The notes: generated by a model from the sequence alone, not told the origin. DNA of 64,000 bases from an uncultured Spirochaetota bacterium (GCA_963781885.1 CAWAHW010000003.1:96001-160000), one strand, 5' to 3'; shown: positions 29,212 to 39,370, counted from the first letter of the stretch. A program made the numbers and translations.

Positions 29212-29943
29212 ATGATCATCGACGTTCATGCGCATCTCGGCGTCGACTTTTCCTTCGACGAGGTGTACCGCGAAGAAGATCTCGTGCGGAAGATGAATGA
29301 TGGGTGCGACATCCAGATCGTTCAGCCGGGGACGACCCATACGCTAGGTGAGGCGGTACGGCAGCACGACGCCATCGCCACCCTGTGTGGAAAATACCCG
29401 GGCCGCTTTTTCGGCATGGCCAATCCCAGCCCGCATCTGCCCGGCGCGGAGTATGACGAAGAACTGACGCGGTGCGTGCGGGGATTGAACTTTGTCGGAG
29501 TCAAGCTGCATACGCTCGCCCATGCCGTGGGACCTGCCACAAAGGCGGGCAGGAAAGTATTCGATGCCGCGCGTCGGCTAAAGATTCCCGTCATGGTGCA
29601 TACGGGTACGGGAGCCTTCTCGGCGCCGATCAACCTTCTCGGCATCGCACGGGAGTTTGCCGACGTGAAAATCGTCATGGCGCATGGCGGGGAAATCGCG
29701 CTCGCAGATGAGGCGGCGGCCGTCCTGTCGGCGTGCCTCAATGTCTACGGAGATACATCCTGGGTGCCGGGCTTCCTGGTGAAAAACTGGACAAGGGCAT
29801 ACGGCAAAAGGATGATGTTCGCGTCAGACATGCCGGACAACTACGGCACGGAGCTCTGGAAGATGAAGACGTGCTTCCTCACGGATGAGGAGCAGGAGGG
29901 CATATTGTCGCGCACGGCCCTCGGTGTGTTCGATTTGCGCTGA
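29212..29943 (+). CDS. Amidohydrolase_2 family metal-dependent hydrolase
   Basis: IDVHAH, GVKLH, PVMVHTG, MAHGG, FASD. Confidence 0.88.
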   Translation: MIIDVHAHLGVDFSFDEVYREEDLVRKMNDGCDIQIVQPGTTHTLGEAVRQHDAIATLCGKYPGRFFGMANPSPHLPGAEYDEELTRCVRGLNFVGVKLHTLAHAVGPATKAGRKVFDAARRLKIPVMVHTGTGAFSAPINLLGIAREFADVKIVMAHGGEIALADEAAAVLSACLNVYGDTSWVPGFLVKNWTRAYGKRMMFASDMPDNYGTELWKMKTCFLTDEEQEGILSRTALGVFDLR

Positions 29944-29978
29944 ATGACCGTACGGCTCTGAAAGGAAGGAGGCGCAGC

Positions 29979-31469
29979 ATCGAATACATACTTACCATTG
30001 ATGTGGGGACGACGTCCGTCAAGGCGGTCCTGTTCGACGCGGATCTCGGCATCGCCGCCCAGAGCGGCAGGGAATATGCCCTTCTTACGCCGCGTGCCGC
30101 GCACGTCGAGCTGCCGGGCCCGGTCTACTGGACCACCTGCCGGGATTGCATTCGCGAGGTCGTTTGCGCGAGCGGCGCGGGCCCTGACGACATCCGCATC
30201 CTCATCATCACGACGCAGGGAGAGACCTTTCTGACGCTTGACGAGAACGGCGCGGAGATCGGCAACGCAATCGTCTGGATCGATAGTCGGGCGGTCGAAG
30301 AGGCGGATCTTCTTAGCGCGGATTTCGGCAGGATGGTGTTCTTCAAGAACACGGGTCTGGGGGAAATCTCGCCGATCTGGCCGGCGTGCAAAATTCTTTG
30401 GCTGCGGCGCAACGAACCCGAGCGTTTCAAGAGGACCAGGAGGTTTCTGCTGTTGCAGGACTACATCCTGTACCGCCTTACGGGGGAATTCGTGTGCGAG
30501 GCGTCAAATGCCTCCTCCTCGGGCTTCACCAGCATCATGACGGGCGCCTGGTGGCCGCGCATGATGGACTATCTGGAGCTTCGCCCGGAGAACTTCGGTC
30601 GACCGGTTGCCAGCGGCACGGTCATCGGCAGGATCGCGCGCGACGCGGCCGGGTTTCTCGGCCTCAGCGGCAGCACGCTCGTGGCAGCGGGGGCGCAGGA
30701 TCAGGCCGCCTCGGCAATCGGTGGAGGCAACATCCGCCTCGGCGTGCTCACGGAAAATACGGGCACCGCGCTTGCCATGGTCCGCTCCATCGGCGCGCCT
30801 GTCTATGCGATCGACGCCAATATCAATTACGAACGTCACTGCGTCCCCGACCTGTTCATCGCCCTGGCCGTCAGTCAGACCTCCGGGATCGTGCTCAAAT
30901 GGTTCAAGGACACGTTCTGCGAGGGCGAGATCGCGGCGGCCGAGGGCAGGCAAGTCTACGGCATGCTGGACGCGATGGCGGCCGCGGTGCCGGCGGGCGC
31001 CGAAGGCCTCGTGATGTCACCCCATTTCAACGGGAAGCTGTTTCCAAAGATCGATTCATCGGCGCGCGGATCGTTCACCGGTCTGTCCTTCCATCATACG
31101 CGCGCCCATTTCATCAGGGCCATCATGGAGGCGGTGGCGTTCATGCTCAGGGAAAACAACGAGTTCCTGGAGAGCGTGTACGGTCCGATCGACTCCGTCA
31201 TCTCGCTCGGGGGTGGATCGAGGAGCATGCTGTGGGGCCAGATCAAGAGCAGCGTCCTCAAAAAGCCCGTCCATCTCCTGCAATGCGGCGAATCGACGTC
31301 CATCGGTTCGGCCATCCTCGCGTCCGTTGCATTGGGCGGCGTCAGAAACGTGCAGGAGGCCTGCGCGCGGTTCATTCGGATCAGAGAGAGCATCGACCCG
31401 GACCCGCGGCAGGAGGTGATCTACGACGAAGCCTATCGGGAGTTCCTCAGGCTGACAACCCCGCGGTAG
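29979..31469 (+). CDS. FGGY carbohydrate kinase (xylulokinase-like); apparent ATC start
   Basis: EYILTIDVGTTSVKA, TTQGE, WIDSR, GAQDQ, TGTA, LGGGSRS. GGAGG lies 6 nt upstream of the in-frame ATC at 29979. Confidence 0.9.
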   Translation: MEYILTIDVGTTSVKAVLFDADLGIAAQSGREYALLTPRAAHVELPGPVYWTTCRDCIREVVCASGAGPDDIRILIITTQGETFLTLDENGAEIGNAIVWIDSRAVEEADLLSADFGRMVFFKNTGLGEISPIWPACKILWLRRNEPERFKRTRRFLLLQDYILYRLTGEFVCEASNASSSGFTSIMTGAWWPRMMDYLELRPENFGRPVASGTVIGRIARDAAGFLGLSGSTLVAAGAQDQAASAIGGGNIRLGVLTENTGTALAMVRSIGAPVYAIDANINYERHCVPDLFIALAVSQTSGIVLKWFKDTFCEGEIAAAEGRQVYGMLDAMAAAVPAGAEGLVMSPHFNGKLFPKIDSSARGSFTGLSFHHTRAHFIRAIMEAVAFMLRENNEFLESVYGPIDSVISLGGGSRSMLWGQIKSSVLKKPVHLLQCGESTSIGSAILASVALGGVRNVQEACARFIRIRESIDPDPRQEVIYDEAYREFLRLTTPR

Positions 31470-31484
31470 AAAGGAGGACGCGTC

Positions 31485-32333
31485 ATGGCGCGGTTCTCGA
31501 TTCACAGCTCCAATTGGAGCGGGACATTCACGCGCCGCGACTTCTACATCCTCGAGAAGGCAGCGGCCATGGGCTACGACGGCGTGGAAATCTCCATGAT
31601 TGCGTCGGTCGTCGGGAGCCTGCCGGTGAAGACGACAATAAGAAGATTCAACGACCTCGGGCTGAAGGCGTCCTTTGACGCCGCGCTCGGCCCCGATGAG
31701 GACATATCTTCGGAGAATAGAACCCGCCAACAGAACGGCATCGACCACCTCAAGCGGAGTCTCGACATCGTTGCGGAATTCGGCGGCGATGAAATGGGAG
31801 GAATGACCTACGGCGTCTGGGGCGGTTTCAGCGGCGCTCCGCCTGCCGCCGCGGAGCTCGCGCGCTCGGCAGAATGCTTGAGGACGGCAGCCGACTATGC
31901 CCTGCCCCTTGGCATCGACATCGCCATTGAGCCGCTCTGCAGGTTTGAGGGGTATCTGATCCCCACGGCCGAGGCCGGCCTCGACTACCTCAAGATGGTC
32001 GGCGCGACGAATGTCGGCCTTCACCTGGACACTTTCCAGATGAATATTGAGGAGAAAAGCCTGCCTGCCGCAATCCTGCTTGCGGGAGACCGGCTTGTTC
32101 ATTTCCACCTGTGCGCGAGCAACCGGGGCGTCCCGGGTGATGACCACATCGATTGGCCCGGCGTGTTCGCCGCGCTGAAGCAGATCGGGTACAAGCGATG
32201 GATCACCGTCGAGGCCATAAGCCCGGACGCGGGGGAAAGTGCTTTGGCCGCCAGGGTTTGGCGACGCGTGGGGGAGCCGGATGAGATTGCGGCCGGCGGC
32301 CGTGCACTCATACGGAAATATCTCGGTGCATAG
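31485..32333 (+). CDS. Sugar isomerase/epimerase, D-psicose/D-tagatose 3-epimerase-like
   Basis: GYDGVE, IEPLCRFE, LDTFQMNIEE, HFH...NRG.PG, ITVE. Confidence 0.88.
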   Translation: MARFSIHSSNWSGTFTRRDFYILEKAAAMGYDGVEISMIASVVGSLPVKTTIRRFNDLGLKASFDAALGPDEDISSENRTRQQNGIDHLKRSLDIVAEFGGDEMGGMTYGVWGGFSGAPPAAAELARSAECLRTAADYALPLGIDIAIEPLCRFEGYLIPTAEAGLDYLKMVGATNVGLHLDTFQMNIEEKSLPAAILLAGDRLVHFHLCASNRGVPGDDHIDWPGVFAALKQIGYKRWITVEAISPDAGESALAARVWRRVGEPDEIAAGGRALIRKYLGA

Positions 32334-32353
32334 CAATTGAAGGAGGCAGAGAG

Positions 32354-33379
32354 ATGGCAGACGACAGGAAGCTGAGATTCGCGGTGATCGGGGTTGGATA
32401 CTGGGCGTCGCTGCAAATACAGGCATGGAGCGAGGTCAAGGGAGCCGTGCTGGTCGCCATTTGTAACCGCACGGTCTCAAAGGCCAGAGATTTCGCGGCC
32501 ACCTACCACATCCCGAAGGTCTATGGCGACATCGAGGAAATGTTCCGCAAGGAGAAGCTGGATTTCGTGGACATCATCACCTATCCCTCGGCGCATCTGC
32601 AGGCCGTACAGCTTGCCGCGAAGCACAAAGTGCCGGTGATCTGCCAGAAGCCAATGGCTTTCGATTTCGCCAGCTGCCTTGCCATGCACAAGGCCTGCAA
32701 AGATGCGGGCGTTCCGTTCTCTATTCATGAAAACTACCGGTGGCAGCCGCCCAACCGAGGGGTCAGGGAATTGCTCGACCAAGGATGCATCGGCGAGCCA
32801 TTCCGCGCCCACATCCAGCTTTCCTACGGCACGGCGGAGACATTCGTGACGGAGGCATCGCTGAAGGACTACGTCGATTTTGCGCTGACGGATATGGGGC
32901 CGCATTTATTTGACCTGGCGCGCTACTTGTTCGGGGAGCCCGAAAGCATGTACTGCCAGACATATAAAAGCCTCGATTTTCTTCCCTCTGATGACATCGT
33001 CTGCGCGATGGTGCGATTCCGCAACGTCATCTGCACCTGCGAGATCACCTCGCTCGTCAATTACCGCGTGTTTGTCGAGGGAAAGAATGGATCACTGGAG
33101 CTGGGCACAGGCGAAAATGTCACGCTCAAATCAGGAAAAGAGACGTCCGTCCGGCAATACCCCTCCCCCCATTACTCCTGGATCAGCGACTACGACGAGA
33201 ATTATCATGGAAAAGATTGCATTCACAGCATCGTCCAGTGCAACCGGCATCTCTTCGATGCCCTGTGCGCCGGCAGGCCGCCGGAAACCTCCGGCGATGA
33301 AGAGCTCAAAGTCATGAGGATGATCGAGGCCGCCCGGGAGTCATCGAAAAGCAACCAGGTGGTGCGCCTGTCATTCTGA
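32354..33379 (+). CDS. Gfo/Idh/MocA oxidoreductase resembling D-apiose dehydrogenase
   Basis: VIGVGYW...AW, DFVDII, VPVICQKP, HENYRWQ, DMGPHLFD. Confidence 0.85.
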   Translation: MADDRKLRFAVIGVGYWASLQIQAWSEVKGAVLVAICNRTVSKARDFAATYHIPKVYGDIEEMFRKEKLDFVDIITYPSAHLQAVQLAAKHKVPVICQKPMAFDFASCLAMHKACKDAGVPFSIHENYRWQPPNRGVRELLDQGCIGEPFRAHIQLSYGTAETFVTEASLKDYVDFALTDMGPHLFDLARYLFGEPESMYCQTYKSLDFLPSDDIVCAMVRFRNVICTCEITSLVNYRVFVEGKNGSLELGTGENVTLKSGKETSVRQYPSPHYSWISDYDENYHGKDCIHSIVQCNRHLFDALCAGRPPETSGDEELKVMRMIEAARESSKSNQVVRLSF

Positions 33380-33399
33380 AATCCAGAGAGGAGGGCTCG

Positions 33400-34305
33400 A
33401 TGAAGGTCAACCTGGGCATGAATCTCAGCTATGCGGTCAAGCGGTGGCCGGAGCCGGATATCTGGGGCAGGCAGGTGAGCGAACGCTGGGCGTTGAAGTC
33501 CGTGGAGTTCAACTTTGACCTCTTGGACCCGCGCGGGACCGGGTCGGCGCGGGACGCAATGTGCGAGGAAATCAGACGCGCGTCCCGGAAATACAGTCTT
33601 GAGGTGCGCAGCGCCACCATCGGCGGGGGCGCCTATGCCTACAATCTGCTGATGCATCCCTTCGTGGAGTTCAGGAAGGATGCGCTGGCGTGGTGCGAGC
33701 TCGCGGCAATCGCCTCCGAGAAGATGGGGTCCCGTTCGGTCGGCGGGCCGGTGGGAGCCATGAGCGTGGAAGGAATGCACAACCCCGCGAAACGTGACTA
33801 CCTGCTCGAGGAGTTCATTGAAGGAATGCGATGTTTTGCGCGCGTGGCCGCGCTGCACAATCAGGACTGCATCACATGGGAACCTACCCCGATCGCGCGG
33901 GAGCTCTCCGTGGACATCGACGCGACGTATCGACTGTACGAACGGATGAACAAGGATGTGCCCATCCCCATCTTGCTCAGCCTGAACGTGGGGCACCAGT
34001 GCTCAGGCGCCGGCATGACGGGGAAAAATCTGGATCTCTACCAGTGGCTCAAGGAGCTCGGAAAGATCTCGTCGTGCGTCCGTCTCCAGCAATCCGACGG
34101 CGTGATGGACAGGCACTGGCCGATGAGCAAGGAATACAACGATAAAGGGATCGTGCGGATGGACAAGGTTCTGGAGGCGCTCGCCAAGTCCGGCTCTCAA
34201 GAGGTGGACCTTTTTCCCGAGATCATATTCGCCTTTGAACACAACGAGGAGAGGCTCCTGGAAGAGATGGATGAGACGATCAGCCACATAAAAAAGTACA
34301 TATAG
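33400..34305 (+). CDS. Xylose-isomerase-like TIM barrel protein (EryC-like sugar-phosphate epimerase family)
   Basis: LGMNLSYAVKRWPEP, FDLLDP, WEPTP, NVGH, LQQSDG.MDRHWP. Confidence 0.72.
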   Translation: MKVNLGMNLSYAVKRWPEPDIWGRQVSERWALKSVEFNFDLLDPRGTGSARDAMCEEIRRASRKYSLEVRSATIGGGAYAYNLLMHPFVEFRKDALAWCELAAIASEKMGSRSVGGPVGAMSVEGMHNPAKRDYLLEEFIEGMRCFARVAALHNQDCITWEPTPIARELSVDIDATYRLYERMNKDVPIPILLSLNVGHQCSGAGMTGKNLDLYQWLKELGKISSCVRLQQSDGVMDRHWPMSKEYNDKGIVRMDKVLEALAKSGSQEVDLFPEIIFAFEHNEERLLEEMDETISHIKKYI

Positions 34306-34436
34306 AACCATCGGGTGTCGTTGCCGGCCTCGTCGTCTCCCGCCGGCTCAAGACATTTCCGACGGCCTCGAGAGGTCCCAGATCCTCAAAGGCATCGACT
34401 CGGAGGGAAGCACACAGGCCGTCGTATCCCTTTGTC

Positions 34437-35054
34437 TCAGCGCCCGATGAGGTCCGTTCGCGTGAGTTGGACGTTCCCCTTCACCGCCGGCGCGTTGAGC
34501 AGGTGCCAGGCGACATACTGCTCCGCGTAGAGCTCGGGCGAAGCGGTGCCGTCGACAGGAACGATGACCTTGAAGCCGCGCAGGCAGGCGCCGATGCTGG
34601 TCCCCAGGACCGCACCTTCCGCCTGAAGGCCCGTGATGATCAGCGTCGTGATGCCCTTTGACGTGAGGTAGGCTTCCAGATCGGTTCCATAGAACTTGTC
34701 CACGCTTGCATGTACCACGTGCTCGGTCGACGTCGGCTTCAGGTCGGCCGTGATCGATGCGACGTCCGCGGAGCCGCCCAGGCTGTATGCAACCACGAGC
34801 CCGGAGCTCCGCGCGAAGGCGAGCAGCTTTTTCACCCTCGGCACGGTGGCAAGCGACCGCGGGCGTCCACCGATGATGCGATCCTGGAAGTCGAGCAGAA
34901 GGAGCGCTGTCGTCGCGGGATCGACCTTGACGGGGACGAGGCCGGGCGCCGGTGGCGGCTGGACGGTGGACCAATCGTCCACGATTGTTTTCCCCTGGGC
35001 GCTGGCCGCGACGGCCACGACCGACAAGATGAAGACGCTCAGCAATCCTTTCAT
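34437..35054 (-). CDS. Secreted isochorismatase-family protein lacking the catalytic Cys
   Basis: Signal peptide MKGLLSVFILSVVAVAASA; TALLLLDFQ, DKFYGTDL, ITGLQAEGAV. Confidence 0.8.
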   Translation of the reverse strand: MKGLLSVFILSVVAVAASAQGKTIVDDWSTVQPPPAPGLVPVKVDPATTALLLLDFQDRIIGGRPRSLATVPRVKKLLAFARSSGLVVAYSLGGSADVASITADLKPTSTEHVVHASVDKFYGTDLEAYLTSKGITTLIITGLQAEGAVLGTSIGACLRGFKVIVPVDGTASPELYAEQYVAWHLLNAPAVKGNVQLTRTDLIGR

Positions 35055-35231
35055 GGCAGACCCCCCAGTTGATTTGCCCCTTTTCATTTGGAGCATTTCA
35101 GACAAAGTTAACCCTTTTTGGGGATTGGTGGCCTCGGAGAGATGCAGCTGTTCCCGTTCAATGGCGCGTCTTCATCTTATTTTGTGGTTATTTTCTTCTA
35201 TACAAGTAACCATTTCACTCAGGAGGATTGG

Positions 35232-36110
35232 ATGGAGCAAAAAACAGTCATCGTGGCAGGGGCGACGGGCTACCTCGGCCAGAAAATCGTCAAGGCCCTC
35301 CTGGCCCAGGGTGCCCGGGTAAAGGCCATGGTTCGGGTGACAAGCGACCGGACTGCATTATCGGCCCTCGGCGTCACTGACTTCGTGGTCGGTGACATGA
35401 TGGACCGGGGATCCCTGAAAACGGCGCTGGCGCAGAGCCCCCGGGCCGATGCCCTTATTGCCAGTGCGGCGGGCTACACCCGGCATACCCAAGGGGATTC
35501 CGAGGCAACGGACACCGAGGGGTATAAAAACCTCGTCGATGCAAGCAAGGAAGCGGGGATTCCCCGGTTTGTCCTGATATCAATCCTGGAGAGCGACAAG
35601 GCCGTCAACGTCCCGCATTTTCACAACAAGTACCTCGCGGAAGAGCAACTGAAAAAGGCAAAACAGCCTTTCATTGCCCTCCGCGCAGGAGCCTTCCTCG
35701 ACCAGGCTCGCGACATGGTGCTTTCCCAGGTGAAGGAGGGGATCTATCCCGGGCTTTTTGCTGATGTCTCCCTTGGGATGGTCTACACGCCGGACCTGGC
35801 ACGGTACGCGGCCCTGGCGGCAACCACTTTGCCGGACACCGCACTTGGTCGTTCGGTAGATATCGGTTGGGCAACCCCTGCCAGCGGCGCTCTCCTGGCC
35901 AAAGCCTTCACGCAGGCACTGGGAAAACAGGTTGTGGCGAAACAGTTCGTTCCTCCCATGATGAACCCGGATATGGCGGCAATGATGGAGTGGGTAAGGA
36001 CCGGAGCCTATGTCAGCCGCAATCCTCAAGTCCAGAAAGAGCTTTTCGGAGACCTCCCCACGGTTGAAGAGGCTGTTCGGCGATATTGCCGGGACCGCGG
36101 CCTGGTGTAA
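35232..36110 (+). CDS. NmrA-like NAD(P)-binding atypical SDR
   Basis: VAGATGYLG, LVDASKEAGIPRFV; AGGAGG ribosome-binding site. Confidence 0.88.
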   Translation: MEQKTVIVAGATGYLGQKIVKALLAQGARVKAMVRVTSDRTALSALGVTDFVVGDMMDRGSLKTALAQSPRADALIASAAGYTRHTQGDSEATDTEGYKNLVDASKEAGIPRFVLISILESDKAVNVPHFHNKYLAEEQLKKAKQPFIALRAGAFLDQARDMVLSQVKEGIYPGLFADVSLGMVYTPDLARYAALAATTLPDTALGRSVDIGWATPASGALLAKAFTQALGKQVVAKQFVPPMMNPDMAAMMEWVRTGAYVSRNPQVQKELFGDLPTVEEAVRRYCRDRGLV

Positions 36111-36203
36111 GGTCCGAAGCGGCACTTGCAGGGAGCCCGGAAATTGGGATAGACGGGAGGCTGCCTTGCAGGCCCGCTGATGGTCGCAAAAGTTCGTACC
36201 CGA

Positions 36204-37025
36204 CTAGGGATTGACTGTGTACTCCTGAACCAGGTGGATGTCGTTTTTCACCTCGAGAACGCCGGGTACCGTTCTGGCCGCGGCGACCGCCACTTCGATC
36301 GGCGCTTCCGTATTCGACAGTCCGTCGAGAGTCACCACCCCGTGTTCGGAGGTTGCGGTCAGGTTTGGTATATGTACCTTCTTCACGCAGATTATCGCTG
36401 TCAAAACCTTCTGCCCCAGGAGAAGGTCCGAGATCATCCTCCCCCCTGCGGCCTCGTCGCGAGAGTCTATCGTCAAGGTCACACAGCTTTTGATCATTTC
36501 CGCCGCCTTGACGGCGTCCAGTCTCGCCGTATTGATGATCAGGTCGTAGCCTCGGGCGTCAGCCCAGTCGATTTTAAAATTGATCTTGCTGAAGCCGATG
36601 CGGTCATGATCGCACTGTTCCAGTAGGTGCCCGGCTTGCCGCTCATTGCAGGAAAATTGCCTCATCGCTCGTTCAACGCGCAGGCCCATGGGCGCCGTGA
36701 TGCGGATGGCCAGGTGGCTAGGGACTTTTTTGAATACGATGGAGCCCCCCCTCCCCACGATGATGCAATTGCCTTCCGACGCTTCCTCGTACAATGCGAG
36801 CTTCAAGTACTGGATGTAATCAGTCCAATTCTGGGAAAAAGAGGACCAGAAGCCGGGCCTTTTCTCATCGTACTTCTGCTGTTCCGCCGGCTTGAATCCA
36901 TGCTCTGCGAGACGCCTCTCAACATAGTCGCGGTCGATGATCCGCCAGCCGGTCATCCGACTGAGCTCACGGGCGGTCTCCTCACCGAGTGCGGCAAGTT
37001 CACGTGAAACAGTGATGATGGGCAT
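36204..37025 (-). CDS. Cytidylate kinase-like family protein with C-terminal BON domain
   Basis: IITVSRELAALG, IIVGRGG, YDLIINT, then GVVTLDG...VPGVLEVKNDI. Confidence 0.85.
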   Translation of the reverse strand: MPIITVSRELAALGEETARELSRMTGWRIIDRDYVERRLAEHGFKPAEQQKYDEKRPGFWSSFSQNWTDYIQYLKLALYEEASEGNCIIVGRGGSIVFKKVPSHLAIRITAPMGLRVERAMRQFSCNERQAGHLLEQCDHDRIGFSKINFKIDWADARGYDLIINTARLDAVKAAEMIKSCVTLTIDSRDEAAGGRMISDLLLGQKVLTAIICVKKVHIPNLTATSEHGVVTLDGLSNTEAPIEVAVAAARTVPGVLEVKNDIHLVQEYTVNP

Positions 37026-37170
37026 CGTGCGCCCCCTCTCAAACGAGCATCTGGGAATGTCGCTATTTTCAATTCTGAAGGCCTCGCCACCGTCTGTCAA
37101 GCAAACAAGCGGGGACGCACGCCTCAAGCCGCGGAAATCGTGAACCAGTTGTTCAACGACGCACACGCTT

Positions 37171-37866
37171 TCATGGAGTCACCAGGAACCGCACCCCGGC
37201 CTCCGCGTGCGCGGCCATGGTGTCGAAACGTGGCACGGAAAGATCCTCCTGCGTGACGATGAGGGGAAGCTCCGTACAGCCCAGCACGATCCCCTCGGCG
37301 CCGCGCGCGACGAGCTCCGCGGCCGCCTCCAGCACGTATGTGCGGGACGAATCGAGGAACTGTCTCGCGCACAGTTCGTCGAAGATGATGGCGTTGATCC
37401 GTTGTCGGCGCGGCGCATCCGGGATGAGGGATTCAACGCCGAAGCGCTCACGAAGACGCGCCCGGTAGAAGTCCTTCTCCATGGAATAGCGCGTGCCCAG
37501 GAGCCCAATCCTCTTCACCGAGGCCGCCCGGATCCTCTCTCCCACCGCGTCCGCGATATGGAGAAGGGGAACGCCCGCGGCCTGTTCGACTTCGTCGGCG
37601 AACAGGTGCATGGTATTGGTGGCAATCATGATCCCGTCCGACCCGGCGGCGGCCAGAAGCCGCGCCTCGGCCAGGAGCACGGCCTTCACCGCGGGCCAGT
37701 CTCCGCGCCCCATTGCGTCGGAGAGCTCCTGGAACTCCACCGAGCTCACGAGCAGCCGCGCGGAGCGTGACCCGCCCAGCTCCCGCTGCACCCCCTCGTT
37801 GATGAGCCGGTAGTATTCAGCGGTTGAGAGCCAGCTCATGCCACCGATGATTCCCAGCCTCTTCAT
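37171..37866 (-). CDS. Aspartate/glutamate racemase family protein (YgeA/RacX-like)
   Basis: GIIGGMSWLST.EYY, ATNTMH, LLGTRYSME, LGCTEL. Confidence 0.92.
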   Translation of the reverse strand: MKRLGIIGGMSWLSTAEYYRLINEGVQRELGGSRSARLLVSSVEFQELSDAMGRGDWPAVKAVLLAEARLLAAAGSDGIMIATNTMHLFADEVEQAAGVPLLHIADAVGERIRAASVKRIGLLGTRYSMEKDFYRARLRERFGVESLIPDAPRRQRINAIIFDELCARQFLDSSRTYVLEAAAELVARGAEGIVLGCTELPLIVTQEDLSVPRFDTMAAHAEAGVRFLVTP

Positions 37867-37879
37867 TCCCGTCCCCCCT

Positions 37880-39280
37880 TCACTTCTTTTCTACCGCCGC
37901 GCGCGCAGCGACGAACGCCCTGACCGACCTCTCGACGTCATCCCCCGCGGTCGCGTAGGAGCAGACGCTGATGCGGATTGCGGGTGCGCCGTTCCATGTC
38001 GTCCCTCCGCACCAGCATTCACCCGACGCCTGGATTCGTGAAAGGGTCGCCTGGGTGAGCTCAGGCGTCGCGCAAGCCGCAAGAACCTGGTTGAAGACAA
38101 CATCGTTCAGGATCGTGAAGCCCTCCCGGGAGAGCAGGCGGGCGAAGAGCTTCGCCATGCTGTGCAGTTCCTCCACGAGAGCGGCCGCGCCGGACCTGCC
38201 CAGGGACATGAGGGTGGCCCACAGATCCACCGCACGGGCGCGGCGGGACATGTCGGGGACGTAGAGCATCTCGTCGCGGTTCTCTCCATACTCGACATAC
38301 GCCGCCGAGGCGCGCATGGCGTTCACGAGCGCGTCCCTGTCCCGGCAGAAGACGATCCCATTGTCGTAAGGGGCATTGAGGGTCTTGTGTGCGTCGGTGG
38401 ACCAGGAGTCCGCGAGTGCCGCGCCTTCGGTCAGATGGCGCAGGCGGGGGGAACCCGACGCCCAGAGTCCGAAGGCGCCATCGACGTGCACCCATGCGCC
38501 TGCCGCGCGCGCTGGGGGGATGATGGCGGTGAAGGGATCAAAGGCGCCCGTGTTCACGTTCCCCGCCTGGAGAATGAGGAGGGTCCGCGCATCCAGGACG
38601 GGCATGCGGGATGGGTCCATCCTGCCGTGCGCGTCCACGGGAACGAGCTCCACCCGGTCCCGGCCGAGGCCGAGGAGGCCCAGGGCCCTGAAGACGCTCA
38701 TGTGCGCCTGCGTGCCCAGGACCACACGGATCTCAGGAGCACCGATCAGCCCCCTGCCGCCGCAATCCCATCCAGCGCGGCGGAGGAGCTCGTCACGCCC
38801 GGCGGCCAGGCCGCAGAGTGTGGCCATCGACGTGCCCCCCACCAGTCCGGCCACCGTCCCGGGAGGCAGACCGAGCAGGTCCACGAGCCACCTCTCACAG
38901 GCGGACTCCAGATGGGCGGCGATGGGGGACATCACGTACAGCGCGGCGTTCTGATCCCACGCATCCGCGATCCATTTGGCGGCAATAGCGCCCGGGAGGC
39001 TTCCACCGTTCACGAAGCCGAAATACCGCCCACCCGTCGTGGCCGCGGTTGCGGGAGAGCCGTGCCGATGGAGCAGATCCACGATACGTGACGGCTCCGT
39101 CGGATCTTCCGGCAAGGCCGCGGGGAGCACGGCAAGCCCCTTGAGAGCGGCGGCGTCCGGCACGACGCGCATCTCCCTTGCGCCGGCCGCATACTCGGCG
39201 GCGCAGGCGCTGGCGTGGTCGAGCAAACGCGTGTCCCGCGCCTGCTCCCGCAATGTCCGTAGAATCTGCTGTGATTCCAT
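37880..39280 (-). CDS. Group II PLP-dependent amino acid decarboxylase
   Basis: RYFGFVNGG, AGNVNTG, WVHVDGAFG, SWSTDAHK (PLP Lys), SRRAR; GGAGG upstream of MESQQ. Confidence 0.92.
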   Translation of the reverse strand: MESQQILRTLREQARDTRLLDHASACAAEYAAGAREMRVVPDAAALKGLAVLPAALPEDPTEPSRIVDLLHRHGSPATAATTGGRYFGFVNGGSLPGAIAAKWIADAWDQNAALYVMSPIAAHLESACERWLVDLLGLPPGTVAGLVGGTSMATLCGLAAGRDELLRRAGWDCGGRGLIGAPEIRVVLGTQAHMSVFRALGLLGLGRDRVELVPVDAHGRMDPSRMPVLDARTLLILQAGNVNTGAFDPFTAIIPPARAAGAWVHVDGAFGLWASGSPRLRHLTEGAALADSWSTDAHKTLNAPYDNGIVFCRDRDALVNAMRASAAYVEYGENRDEMLYVPDMSRRARAVDLWATLMSLGRSGAAALVEELHSMAKLFARLLSREGFTILNDVVFNQVLAACATPELTQATLSRIQASGECWCGGTTWNGAPAIRISVCSYATAGDDVERSVRAFVAARAAVEKK

Positions 39281-39370
39281 CTCCGCCTCCTGGTCTCCGG
39301 GGGGCGCGTCGCGTTGACAGCCGTGTCTGGCCGGGCGCCCCGGGGGGATGCACGAACGGTAGCCCTGGAA

